Part shown: one piece after another, positions 1-8,837 of the stretch
Layout: each line of letters opens with the position of its first letter
Position numbering within the stretch: position 1 is the first letter of the stretch
NCBI GenBank assembly: GCA_016284235.1
Contig: JAEEOK010000046.1
Location: 333-64,332 of the forward strand
DNA from: Succinivibrionaceae bacterium
Lineage (GTDB): Bacteria > Pseudomonadota > Gammaproteobacteria > Enterobacterales > Succinivibrionaceae
Length of the DNA stretch: 64,000 bases
Reading direction: 5' to 3'
The notes under the pieces: model-generated
The model's input: the letters and a program-made list of their open reading frames with translations, nothing else
Databases searched by the model: none
What the model was told of the DNA's origin: nothing
Made by a program: the position numbers and the translations under genes

Positions 1-133
1 GAATATCAAAGATACTAATGTTGAAATTATTATCTATCAGATATTCTTTTTTGATAATACTTCTGCCGGATCCTATAAAAACAGGAGAAAGGCAGGTCAG
101 AGTTACATGGTAGACATCCAAATACGATTTCAT
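1..133 (-). CDS. csm5: Csm5 (type III-A RAMP subunit), N-terminal fragment. The gene continues past the window edge.
   Basis: The reverse complement of 1..133 reads MKSYLDVYHVTLTCLSPVFIGSGRSIIKKEYLIDNNFNISIFDI without a stop. Its ATG overlaps the csm4 stop (ATGA). The position after csm4 and the glycine-rich LSPVFIGSG RAMP-like motif fit Csm5. Confidence 0.7.
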   Translation of the reverse strand, partial: MKSYLDVYHVTLTCLSPVFIGSGRSIIKKEYLIDNNFNISIFDI

Positions 134-1173
134 GAATCTATCCCCACAAAAATCGGTTTACCGTAACGATATACAGGATGACTGCCTCCGCGGCATGCAA
201 CGTTCCTTACGCTGCCCTGAAATATCCGCCTGAAGCAGCTGCCGGATTTGAGCATATAAAGATCCCTCTTTTTCATCTGCTGGGATGCAAATCTGTCGGA
301 GGCTATGAATCCGGATCTTTTTACAACAGCATAAGTACCGTTGTCCAGCGCCTGCTCAAGTTCACTGTCATCAGGAAGTGCTATGCTGATGCTCATAACA
401 TTTTTTCCGGTGTCAAGACGCTTTGAAAGAGAAGCAGGAACATCTTCAATTTCAAACTCAAATCTTCCGCAGCCGGAAAAACGTTTTCCTCCAAGTCCGC
501 TGTATGAAAGTGATGACAGCAGATCCTGCAGTAGTTCACCGGTTTGATCGTCATGGTATTTAACTATAATGTACAGTCCTGAATCAGCAAGGGTCTGATC
601 CCAGGTGCCTGAACCGGATCCGCCGGCGCCGGCGGCATTTTTATTTGCGTGATCTAGAGGTGACTTCGGCAGATTTTCATCCGATCCTGTTTTGTTTCCA
701 CAGGCTGAGAATTCACACATACGGATCCTGTAGGGCATAGCTTCCTCGTTGCCCCGTATTGCAGCGCTGACCTTCATATACTGTCTGACGAAACTTCCTG
801 AAGGATCTGAATGTCTGGCCGGATCGAAAGTTCCGTTCAGATAGCTGTCAAAATCGTCAATACTGATGTATTTAAGTTTTTTAAGCTTCTTTTTCAGTAT
901 GGAGTTGCTTCGGGCATGAAGCTCGGTTTCTCCGGCCGACAGAGGCTTGGGCAGAAAAAAGGTGTTTTCCAGCCACGGAAATGCATCTGAAAACAGAAGG
1001 CGGCCGTTTTGCACGGACTGAAGCAGAAATTCATGTTTCCCCTTCTTCAGAGCCTCAATATAGAGTGCTGAAAATAATGTGTCCGCAGCGAAACAGTAGT
1101 CACCTCCGGATAGAGAGTTTCTGCCGAATCTGAAGGGACCGGAAAAACGGAATTTTACAGTTTTGTAGGGCAT
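130..1173 (-). CDS. csm4: Csm4 (type III-A RAMP subunit, Cas10 partner)
   Basis: The N-terminus FRFSGPFRFGR..DTLFSALYIE and the C-terminal GLGGKRFSGCGRFEFE glycine-rich loop are typical of Csm4. It sits between csm3 and csm5. It carries a Gly/Ser-rich insert (AAGAGGSGSGT). Confidence 0.85.
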   Translation of the reverse strand: MPYKTVKFRFSGPFRFGRNSLSGGDYCFAADTLFSALYIEALKKGKHEFLLQSVQNGRLLFSDAFPWLENTFFLPKPLSAGETELHARSNSILKKKLKKLKYISIDDFDSYLNGTFDPARHSDPSGSFVRQYMKVSAAIRGNEEAMPYRIRMCEFSACGNKTGSDENLPKSPLDHANKNAAGAGGSGSGTWDQTLADSGLYIIVKYHDDQTGELLQDLLSSLSYSGLGGKRFSGCGRFEFEIEDVPASLSKRLDTGKNVMSISIALPDDSELEQALDNGTYAVVKRSGFIASDRFASQQMKKRDLYMLKSGSCFRRIFQGSVRNVACRGGSHPVYRYGKPIFVGIDS

Positions 1174-1191
1174 CTGACACCTCCGGAATAC

Positions 1192-1872
1192 CTATTCGGC
1201 ATCATCAGAAACTTGGGAAATAATCTGACTGAGACTGCTTACCAGATTACTGTCGGCATTACCCGCCACCAGTCTGCAGGACAGATCACTGAAGTCTATT
1301 TTGCCGTATCCTCTTGAACCGTGGCCGCCGATATAGTCATATGTCAGAAGTTTCATGCCGAGTGCCAGATTTCTGAAATCCTCTACTGCCTTGTCGTCCG
1401 ACAGTTCGTAGATCATGTTGAGTCCGAATTCTGATCCTCTTACCGCGCGTTCAATCTGCCGGGGGGTGGCCTTGGCTGTAAGTCTGTCGATGGTGTTTTC
1501 GAATTTAACTTCTGTTGAGCTGGAAAGACCGCGCTGCCTGAGTTCATTATAGTTCAGAAGAAACATATCGGATATTTGAATGCGGCTGCATTTTACATGA
1601 TCCTTTACTGCACAGCCGAAAAGCCGAAGCAGTGGTTCGCAGTCTTTATCAGGACTATTCGGGAGTCTGCCATCTCTTCCTGCCAGTTCTTTAGCAAGAA
1701 GCGTTCTGAGTTTGCCCTTGAGAGAACTGCCCGGAATCATAGGCTGATTGGTCCAGACGTCACGCATCACTGGGGAATCAACTGCGCCAATGGCGGCAAA
1801 GGCTGAAGAACCGCCGATGTGCATACCTGTTTTAACCGTGATTTTTCCGGTAATCTGAATTTTTGCAAACAT
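1192..1872 (-). CDS. csm3: Csm3 (crRNA-binding backbone RAMP, target RNA nuclease)
   Basis: Contains KTGMHIGGSSAFAAIGAVDSPVMRD, including the conserved Asp used for target RNA cleavage, followed by IPGSSLKGKLRTLL. The 226-aa size is typical. Confidence 0.9.
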   Translation of the reverse strand: MFAKIQITGKITVKTGMHIGGSSAFAAIGAVDSPVMRDVWTNQPMIPGSSLKGKLRTLLAKELAGRDGRLPNSPDKDCEPLLRLFGCAVKDHVKCSRIQISDMFLLNYNELRQRGLSSSTEVKFENTIDRLTAKATPRQIERAVRGSEFGLNMIYELSDDKAVEDFRNLALGMKLLTYDYIGGHGSRGYGKIDFSDLSCRLVAGNADSNLVSSLSQIISQVSDDAE

Positions 1873-1883
1873 AAAGACTTCTC

Positions 1884-2351
1884 CTATATATCACTTCCGC
1901 CGTGAAACCTGTTATAGGCAACAAGTGCCTCCATATAATGATAGAACAGCATAAATCTTTTTTTGCTGTTTCCTATTTTCTTAATTTGCTCGTTAAGTCT
2001 GGAGATTTGGAGAAATTTATCAACTTCTTTGTCTCTTCCGGCAGCATAGGCGCATCTGACCCTCAGGTAATCAATTCTCTCCACCAGCTCCTGCTCAAGA
2101 GAATCGCTTTTGTTTTCTGATGTCAGAATCTGATTGAGAATATCTGCAGCCATGGCAAGAATGTTTCTCAGCTGCGTGGTCGTTATGAGTTTTTTTGACT
2201 CTTTAAGATAAAGAATAACCTTTTCAGCATCATCGACATAACTTGTCTCTGTGACCTTGACATCAGGAGCCGGTATGTCCGGCCTGTTCTGATAGTTATT
2301 GCCGCCGCCGCTTCGTCCATGATTGCGATTACCTCCGTAACTGCTGTTCAT
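1884..2351 (-). CDS. csm2: Csm2 (type III-A small subunit) with a Gly/Asn/Arg-rich N-terminal extension
   Basis: A 155-aa helical protein between cas10 and csm3 with a TTTQLRNILAMA motif typical of small subunits. Its start overlaps the cas10 3' end by 23 nt. Confidence 0.75.
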   Translation of the reverse strand: MNSSYGGNRNHGRSGGGNNYQNRPDIPAPDVKVTETSYVDDAEKVILYLKESKKLITTTQLRNILAMAADILNQILTSENKSDSLEQELVERIDYLRVRCAYAAGRDKEVDKFLQISRLNEQIKKIGNSKKRFMLFYHYMEALVAYNRFHGGSDI

Positions 2352-4770
2352 TTTCGCCTCCGCTTTTCTCTCTGTTCATATAGACATATAACTGAATTGC
2401 TGTTCTTAATTCTCTGCAGTCTTTTTCACTGCTCATCCACTCGTATATATTTCTTGAAAAACTGCTGTATGCCTGCTTTTCTTCAGCCGGAGCACCTGAC
2501 GGCGGCTCCAGCCGTGAAAGCAGATAGGCAAGTCTTGCAAAACTGATTTTTTCCCTGCGTGAGCAGATTAGTTCCATTATTCTGTAAAGAAAACTGTTGC
2601 CTCTGCTGTCGGACGTACCGAAAAAATCTGACAGCACTTTGAATTTGCTACCTGCGACTTCTGCTTCAAACTCACTCCAGGAAAATGTGCCGTCATCAAC
2701 TGTCACGCCGTTTTCATCATGAAATGTTCCGTTTGAAAACAGCGTCAAAGCCGATTTGCCGGGACGTCCTTTTGATGCGTCTTCGTACACTGCTGTCTCC
2801 TCCGCGGCAGCACTTACCGGATATGAATCTGAATAAAAACCGATGCCTGCAGAAATAGTGAGGGCTCCGCAGGTATATTTTTTCAGATTTCTGCTGATAT
2901 CCACTGCACACTCAATCACTTCGTTCCATGCACCAATCAGGAATATGTCATCACCGCCTGAATAGACGATTGTCACCTTTCTGTTCTGTTCCGCCTTTTT
3001 TCCACTGAGAGTGAATTCAGAGCGTTCAAGAATTGTATTTATGTGATGCTTGAAAAAAAGCGACAGTGATCTGGAAAGAGCCGCAGTTCTTGCCAGGTTT
3101 ACATATTTCGCACCGTATTTTTTGCTTTCAAAGCCCTTTACAAAGGTCTGCCCCAGATTGTCAACGTCCGCTCTGAGTACCGCGATGCGTTTGATTCCGG
3201 TGCTTTCAGCTGCCAGCTTTTCCATCACGCGATCATAGTAGTAGTCGCCGACCCACAGTCTTGTGGCAACACCTGTTTCACTGACAAAACTGTTTTTGGA
3301 ATATACTCTTACCGGTTTATTATTTTCTGAATTCAGTCTGATCTTGAGATCGTCAGGGGTATCTGCCACAAGACAGCAGTCACCGGGCAGCGGAAGGGCA
3401 TCAGATCCCGAACCCTTAAGCACGGTAAAATAGCACCCTCCGTTTTGTATTCTGTTTGAAAACTCCTCAAGCTGCAGGCAGGATGCACACTTTCCTTCTT
3501 TGTTCAGATGACCGGTTCTCCGGCAGACGCTGCATTCCCTGGTATAGTCATCGTGCTCGAGGCTGTTGAGCCTTTTCAGTTCTGCTGCACTGTATCTGCA
3601 GTTCTTGGCACGGTTGATTTCTTCACCTATTGCAATGAATACCTGTCCCAGGGAACCGTTAGGGCTGTTGCACAGTGCTGCCGGGGAGCAGATGCCGGCT
3701 CCGGAACTGAGAAACAGAGAAATATCAAAAGCGTCAATCAGCCACCTGTTGATACTGCGGCAGAAACAGGACAGTTTTTCCTTTGTGTCCCTGAGATTCG
3801 GGAGCAGGATATAGCAGTGTCCTCCGCCCGAGTAGATCAGGTTCATTCTGCAGAGGGAAAATTCGTCCAGCAGCATATCAATCATATGCTCCATAAGCAG
3901 TTCAAGATAGAAAGAGCGTGAGCGGAGTGTCTTGAGAGCCTTGTCTGTGGTGATAGTGTAGATAAAGTCCTGTATGCCGCATAGATCCATGGAGAACATG
4001 ACAAGCGAGTCGGTCTGAAGAAATCTGCCGCCGCAGTCGTTCAGAAAATTCTCCGGCTCGGCGATCTGCTGATCTTTGATGTATTCGTCCAGGGCAAGCG
4101 CCAGAGCGACACTCATTTTCATGTGATCAAACATTGAAATGTCTGCAGAAACCGCTGAACAGAATGCCGGCACATATGTAGTGTTGACTTCAAGAATTTC
4201 AAGAAGTGAGGAAAGATATGAATCCGAATACTCAAGTTTTTTAAGACTTTTTTCTATGTCGGTCATTATTTTGCGGTAGAATTCCTCGTTCAGCTTCTGA
4301 CTGCTGCCATGACTGACAGCGCCGGAACCGGAAGCTGTGCCGCATTTAAGCTCATGACCGGAAAGAGGAAATCTGATCCCTTCATCCAGTTTTGCTGCGC
4401 CGTAGAAGTATTTCTCCTGAGTTTCCGGAGAATTTCCGCGCTCATCAAGATTGAGCAGATTGTAGATGCTTTCAAACTGACAGTCTGGATCCTCTTTTGC
4501 CGCCGGAGCATCGTAACTTTGGAGTCCGATTGACGCCGCCGCAATATTTCCTGCTGTTTTTACCAGAGTCAGTATGTATGAATCCGGGCATTTTTCAGGA
4601 TCACCGGCTGGATCCGGCGCACCGGAGTATGCTTTAAGATTGTCCGGAACGGAACAGCGTGTGAGAAAATCAAGTCCGCAGGGATCCGCGCCTGCCGATG
4701 CCCTGGCTGCAAGTCTGCTTATGTTAGATACAAGAGATGCAAGTGCGATTTTGATCTGATGTTCTTTCAT
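2329..4770 (-). CDS. cas10: Cas10/Csm1 (type III signature protein). Cyclase palm is intact and the HD motif appears degenerate.
   Basis: Shows SGGGHCYILLP (palm 1), a Cys4 zinc module CSVCRR..GKCASC, and VTIVYSGGDDIFLIGAW (the GGDD cyclase motif). The N-terminus reads IKIALASLVSNISRLAAR where canonical proteins have ..LLHDIGK. Confidence 0.9.
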   Translation of the reverse strand: MKEHQIKIALASLVSNISRLAARASAGADPCGLDFLTRCSVPDNLKAYSGAPDPAGDPEKCPDSYILTLVKTAGNIAAASIGLQSYDAPAAKEDPDCQFESIYNLLNLDERGNSPETQEKYFYGAAKLDEGIRFPLSGHELKCGTASGSGAVSHGSSQKLNEEFYRKIMTDIEKSLKKLEYSDSYLSSLLEILEVNTTYVPAFCSAVSADISMFDHMKMSVALALALDEYIKDQQIAEPENFLNDCGGRFLQTDSLVMFSMDLCGIQDFIYTITTDKALKTLRSRSFYLELLMEHMIDMLLDEFSLCRMNLIYSGGGHCYILLPNLRDTKEKLSCFCRSINRWLIDAFDISLFLSSGAGICSPAALCNSPNGSLGQVFIAIGEEINRAKNCRYSAAELKRLNSLEHDDYTRECSVCRRTGHLNKEGKCASCLQLEEFSNRIQNGGCYFTVLKGSGSDALPLPGDCCLVADTPDDLKIRLNSENNKPVRVYSKNSFVSETGVATRLWVGDYYYDRVMEKLAAESTGIKRIAVLRADVDNLGQTFVKGFESKKYGAKYVNLARTAALSRSLSLFFKHHINTILERSEFTLSGKKAEQNRKVTIVYSGGDDIFLIGAWNEVIECAVDISRNLKKYTCGALTISAGIGFYSDSYPVSAAAEETAVYEDASKGRPGKSALTLFSNGTFHDENGVTVDDGTFSWSEFEAEVAGSKFKVLSDFFGTSDSRGNSFLYRIMELICSRREKISFARLAYLLSRLEPPSGAPAEEKQAYSSFSRNIYEWMSSEKDCRELRTAIQLYVYMNREKSGGENEQQLRR

Positions 4771-4791
4771 GTTTTATTCCTGCTGTTTTTT

Positions 4792-5550
4792 TTATTCTGT
4801 ACCCCTTTTGCCGGGTGTATTCGGCACCAGGCGCAGGGCTCCCATACCCAAAAATGTTTTGATCCCTACTCCAGAGTATTCTCCGAATTCTGCCAGCAGT
4901 CGCGCGTATCGGGCCATGGTGGCGCTGCCGTTAATTTTGATTGTCATTGAGCCAGTAAAGGCGGGAATGGTTGCGTTCTCAAGCGGGAACGGAATGCTCC
5001 GCAGTCTGTAATTCCTGACTGATGAGTTATCAATCAGCTGGAGCAGAGTTTCTTCGTCAAACATTTCCATATCCGACGCTGCTGAAAACCGGTTCATCCA
5101 GCTTTGAAAAATCAGTCGCAGATCAGGCAGATTAACGTAGCGGGATGCACTCTTGAAGGAAACTGGTGACAGGAATTCGATGTTTATAAATCTGTCTGGC
5201 TCCGATGCACTGTAGAATCTTTCAATCAGTTCCTTTCTTGTTCCAAGTCGTATTTCCTTGCTGACGAATTTCAGCAGAATTCCGTCTTTGAGCTCGTACT
5301 CTGTTTCTGTCGCATTCAGAACAGGCTCTATTATGTTGCGGAAAGCTTCTTCATTAAGGCCTTTAATGTGCCAGAATTTTTTTTCACCAAGTTCCAGAAA
5401 CTGACTGCAGGGAATCTGCACCATCGAATGAAGCTTTTCACAGTATTCAGGTGAAATAAGCTGCATTAGAAGTCCGTGCATATTAGAAGATTTGCGATAA
5501 CTGAATGAGCTATCATCTGTTGTGAATTCTATTTTGAGACTTGACAGCAC
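4792..5550 (-). CDS. cas6: Cas6 endoribonuclease (pre-crRNA processing)
   Basis: Has the C-terminal glycine-rich loop GEYSGVGIKTFLGMGAL characteristic of Cas6. A GTG start is preceded by GGAGG. It is the first gene of the cas6-cas10-csm2-5 operon. Confidence 0.8.
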   Translation of the reverse strand: MLSSLKIEFTTDDSSFSYRKSSNMHGLLMQLISPEYCEKLHSMVQIPCSQFLELGEKKFWHIKGLNEEAFRNIIEPVLNATETEYELKDGILLKFVSKEIRLGTRKELIERFYSASEPDRFINIEFLSPVSFKSASRYVNLPDLRLIFQSWMNRFSAASDMEMFDEETLLQLIDNSSVRNYRLRSIPFPLENATIPAFTGSMTIKINGSATMARYARLLAEFGEYSGVGIKTFLGMGALRLVPNTPGKRGTE

Positions 5551-5663
5551 ATGACCTCCATGAATGATTAAGTGCTATCTTACTATAGTATAATTATTAT
5601 GATTTGTGACATTAAGTCACTTTTGTTTATAAAATTCAATTTATTTTTATGAATTGCTGATCG

Positions 5664-5797
5664 GTTTCAAATATTTGAACGGCTATGTTAAGGAATAGAG
5701 TTGATCCTAAAATTTACCTGATAAATTATAAATTTATCCAGGCTATAAATTTTACTTTTTGAAGTTTAAAAATATAAATACTTACGAAATGTATCGT
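5664..5797. repeat. Left arm of a diverged inverted repeat that brackets the CARF gene
   Basis: The reverse complement of 5768..5794 (ATACATTTCGTAAGTATTTATATTTTT) is identical to 8841..8867. A second block, the reverse complement of 5678..5698 (CTATTCCTTAACATAGCCGTT), matches 8936..8956 with one mismatch. The sequence between them is recognisably related with indels. Confidence 0.85.
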
Positions 5798-5974
5798 GTT
5801 TCTGTGATATCAAAAACTTTGATGAACAGAGCATACCTTTTTTGCCATATTCATACATCTCCGTTAAGTTTTTGGTATTAACAGACTTAACGGAAATACA
5901 CGAATTTTTTGTCAGGCACGTGGATATGAATGTTTATGCTGCAGTGTTATTTTTTGTAAAATCTCAGGATCAAA

Positions 5975-8782
5975 TTATTCTGAATCTTCTGAAGATACAG
6001 CATCTGAATTATTCGGTTCGTTCTCATTACATAAACATTCATCTGTTGAAGTCTGTTCGCTGTCAGATTGCTGTTCTGCTGATTTTCTTGCAACCAGTTC
6101 AAAAAATTCATCCTTGAATTTATACAGTTGTTTCAGTTCATCAGCTGATTCTTTAATTGTTTTCTCAAGAACAGGTATGTTCAGTCCGGCGGCGCTGAAA
6201 AAATTTTTCTTCTGTTCTTTATCGAAAAAAATATCTTTTCTTGCTTCATTGAAGTCAAATCCTCCGAATTTGGCGGAACATGATTCTTTGATCTCGGATG
6301 TTATATAGCGTCTTAGTCTCTTTATCAAATCAAAGTTAGAATTGATATGTATCATTCTGCAGGAGTTTTCTACTATTTCTCCATATTTGCGCATCTTAGC
6401 ATCCATTTTCCTTTTTTTGCCCGAGCGATGTTTTTCTGGCAGTTCGCTTATATATTCACACTCATCTTTAACCATAGAATCCACCAGATCTGTATAGTCG
6501 TACAATGATGCATCCATCCAATCAACTTTCTTGATTTCAGAATTTTTATTGAGTTTCTCGGCAAAAGAGTTGTATGCCTCATATAATGCGCAGATGGCCA
6601 TAGAATACCGGCCTTTTTTACAGAAACTGACAGCCTTGGAGAACAGTTCGCTTTTAACATTCTGCAGATTTTTTTCAAAGAAAGGAAAAATCATATTCAG
6701 TAGTTTGTCTTTTGAACTCAGATCTATAGAGGATATGATTTCAAGAGCCTGTTTATAACTCTTCTGAGCAGTGGAAAAGTAAAGCATTTTTTCTGCTTTT
6801 GATCCTTCACTTATGCATTTGTACAGTTCTGACTGTTCAGGAAGATATCGGTTAAGGAGAGGAAGCAGATATCCGGGATCTTCCGATCCGTTAAAAAGCC
6901 CCACAGACATTGAATCACTGATCATGTTTGCCAGATATGTCAGATCGAGCAGTTTTCCACAGTTCTTTCCATGGGGTAATGAATACCAAAGATGTTTCAG
7001 TTTTGATCCTTTGAGAGCCGTTACAGAGAAGAGAGTAAGAAATGCAACTATAGGGATACTTCTGAAACTGTGGGTAATATCTACTATGAAGTCCTGACCG
7101 GGAGCGATAGAGCTGGTCAAGAAGGTTCTTAATTCTTCGTATGAGTTTTGATTGGAATAGATATCGTCATAGCCAAAAATTTCGATATACTGTCCCAGCG
7201 TCTTTTTATGCCTTTCAAAAAGACTGTTGATTCTGGTTACAGCGTCTTCGTTCAGCCTGTAATCTTCCTGCATACCGTTTCTTTCGTTTTTCATGTATGC
7301 ATATTCCTTGAAACATTGCTCGATTTCAGCCAGGACATCAATTGCATCAAGAGAATCGTTATACTGTTCGAGCAGAAAATCAACAAAACCCTTCCATCCG
7401 CTGGTGTAGGTTCCAATCACTACATACTTGGATATCTCGCCTTTTTTGAAATATTCCATCGAAAGAGAATTGGCAATAAACCTTGATTTGCTGATTTCTA
7501 ACTCTTTTATGTCAAATTCCAGCTCATCATACCTTGCGCTGCCTATAAATGTAAAAAAGACAGGCAGCGGGGCTTGATCGGGTTCGCCGGATGTATCTTT
7601 GCCGCGAATTATTTCGTTGCTGTACAGAAAAGATTTAAGGTTGCTGCCGTAATCTACTATGCTGTTATCTTCGCGGTCGGCATATTCATAGTGGAGGATC
7701 CTGTTTCTGAATTTCAGATATTTATCTCTTTTTTTATCACTGTCGGCAAAAGGATCATGAATACCACTGAGTCTTATATACTCGAGCAACAGAATTGCAC
7801 TGAACATCTGTTCATTGTCGATGTATCTGCGAAGCAGCAGATACATATCTGAACTCAGTGATTTTGTTATTTCTTCAAAAAATTCCGGGGTAAAGACGGT
7901 GCTGTCTCCGAAGAAACTGTTAAGTTTCGGCAGTATATTGCCAAATACTGTTCTCGGTTTATCAAATTCCTGTAAATTCAGACGTTTATCAATCTCCAGC
8001 AAGCCACTGCTGATATTGGTGTCTGTGCATATTCCGGCAATATGATGAAGACGAACACTGTCAGAAAAAAGTGAGTAACAGACAGACTCATCATATATTC
8101 TGTTCAGCATGCCAAGACTGATAAATGAGCTTTTGCTACCCTGATTCTGTGCATAAAAAATATCGGCGATACGTAAATTCTGAATATTCTGAAGAAATTT
8201 TAATGATGCAAGCACTAGAAGCGGAATGAACCTGAAGCCGTTTGTCACATCAAGATATATGTATCTGTTTAGGAACATTTCTTTACATTCGAGAATTTTT
8301 TCAATGATGTCTGTCTGAACTGAATATGAAGAAATATCTCCATTGTAGATCAGGATTGTCAGGCTGCACTTATAGTGCTTTTTTAGAATCTCGTTAATCT
8401 CATTCTGAATAAGTTTGATCTCATCCGGCTCGCACTTTGCTGTTGCATCAAAAATTTTTTCCGGACTTTCTGCATTATGCATAGTGGCATAATCTTCACT
8501 ACTGCAACCTGCAATACGATCAGCAAAAGGAAAAGGAATTCCGTCCATGGCGAAAAGATGTTTGAAATTAAGCACCATATCAAACCAGTAACTTGAGTCG
8601 GAACCGATAATCAGTATGTTTCGAAATGATTTTTTTTGATTCTGCTGCAGATGCTTGAACAGGGCAAGTCCGGGATAGCAGAATTCAACTTTATCAGAGC
8701 ATCCATGAAAGTCGTACATTGCTTTTGTGTATTGTGTTTTGCCATACATGGCTACTAAACAGTTATCTTTATCTGGATTCAT
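5975..8782 (-). CDS. Tandem-CARF protein. Two fused DxTHG/TM1812-type (Csx1-like) units are followed by an acidic tail. It is a candidate cOA-sensing ancillary effector.
   Basis: Unit 1 has CLVAMYGKTQY.., ILIIGSDSSYW, DVTNGFRFIP (aa 178) and KFRNRILH (Rx4H, aa 359). Unit 2 has PVFFTFIGSARY.., YVVIGTYTSGW and DITHSFRSIP (aa 568), with no clear second Rx4-6H. It is a continuous 935-aa ORF immediately upstream of cas6 on the same strand. Confidence 0.7.
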   Translation of the reverse strand: MNPDKDNCLVAMYGKTQYTKAMYDFHGCSDKVEFCYPGLALFKHLQQNQKKSFRNILIIGSDSSYWFDMVLNFKHLFAMDGIPFPFADRIAGCSSEDYATMHNAESPEKIFDATAKCEPDEIKLIQNEINEILKKHYKCSLTILIYNGDISSYSVQTDIIEKILECKEMFLNRYIYLDVTNGFRFIPLLVLASLKFLQNIQNLRIADIFYAQNQGSKSSFISLGMLNRIYDESVCYSLFSDSVRLHHIAGICTDTNISSGLLEIDKRLNLQEFDKPRTVFGNILPKLNSFFGDSTVFTPEFFEEITKSLSSDMYLLLRRYIDNEQMFSAILLLEYIRLSGIHDPFADSDKKRDKYLKFRNRILHYEYADREDNSIVDYGSNLKSFLYSNEIIRGKDTSGEPDQAPLPVFFTFIGSARYDELEFDIKELEISKSRFIANSLSMEYFKKGEISKYVVIGTYTSGWKGFVDFLLEQYNDSLDAIDVLAEIEQCFKEYAYMKNERNGMQEDYRLNEDAVTRINSLFERHKKTLGQYIEIFGYDDIYSNQNSYEELRTFLTSSIAPGQDFIVDITHSFRSIPIVAFLTLFSVTALKGSKLKHLWYSLPHGKNCGKLLDLTYLANMISDSMSVGLFNGSEDPGYLLPLLNRYLPEQSELYKCISEGSKAEKMLYFSTAQKSYKQALEIISSIDLSSKDKLLNMIFPFFEKNLQNVKSELFSKAVSFCKKGRYSMAICALYEAYNSFAEKLNKNSEIKKVDWMDASLYDYTDLVDSMVKDECEYISELPEKHRSGKKRKMDAKMRKYGEIVENSCRMIHINSNFDLIKRLRRYITSEIKESCSAKFGGFDFNEARKDIFFDKEQKKNFFSAAGLNIPVLEKTIKESADELKQLYKFKDEFFELVARKSAEQQSDSEQTSTDECLCNENEPNNSDAVSSEDSE

Positions 8783-8837
8783 AAATGATCCTTTATTATC
8801 AAAGCTATGTTCAACAGAAGTGTGATGCCGCAGAAAT

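Noticed and set aside
5551-5974. Searched for a CRISPR array between cas6 and the CARF gene, and likewise in 8783..9194
   Set aside because: There are no periodic direct repeats with spacer-sized intervals. Only the single repeat-like segment within each inverted arm was found.
5975-8782. Possibility that the 935-aa ORF is two adjacent csx1-like genes
   Set aside because: There is no stop codon or frame change between the two units. The linker (aa 370-406) is continuous, so I treat it as a genuine fusion, subject to sequence accuracy.
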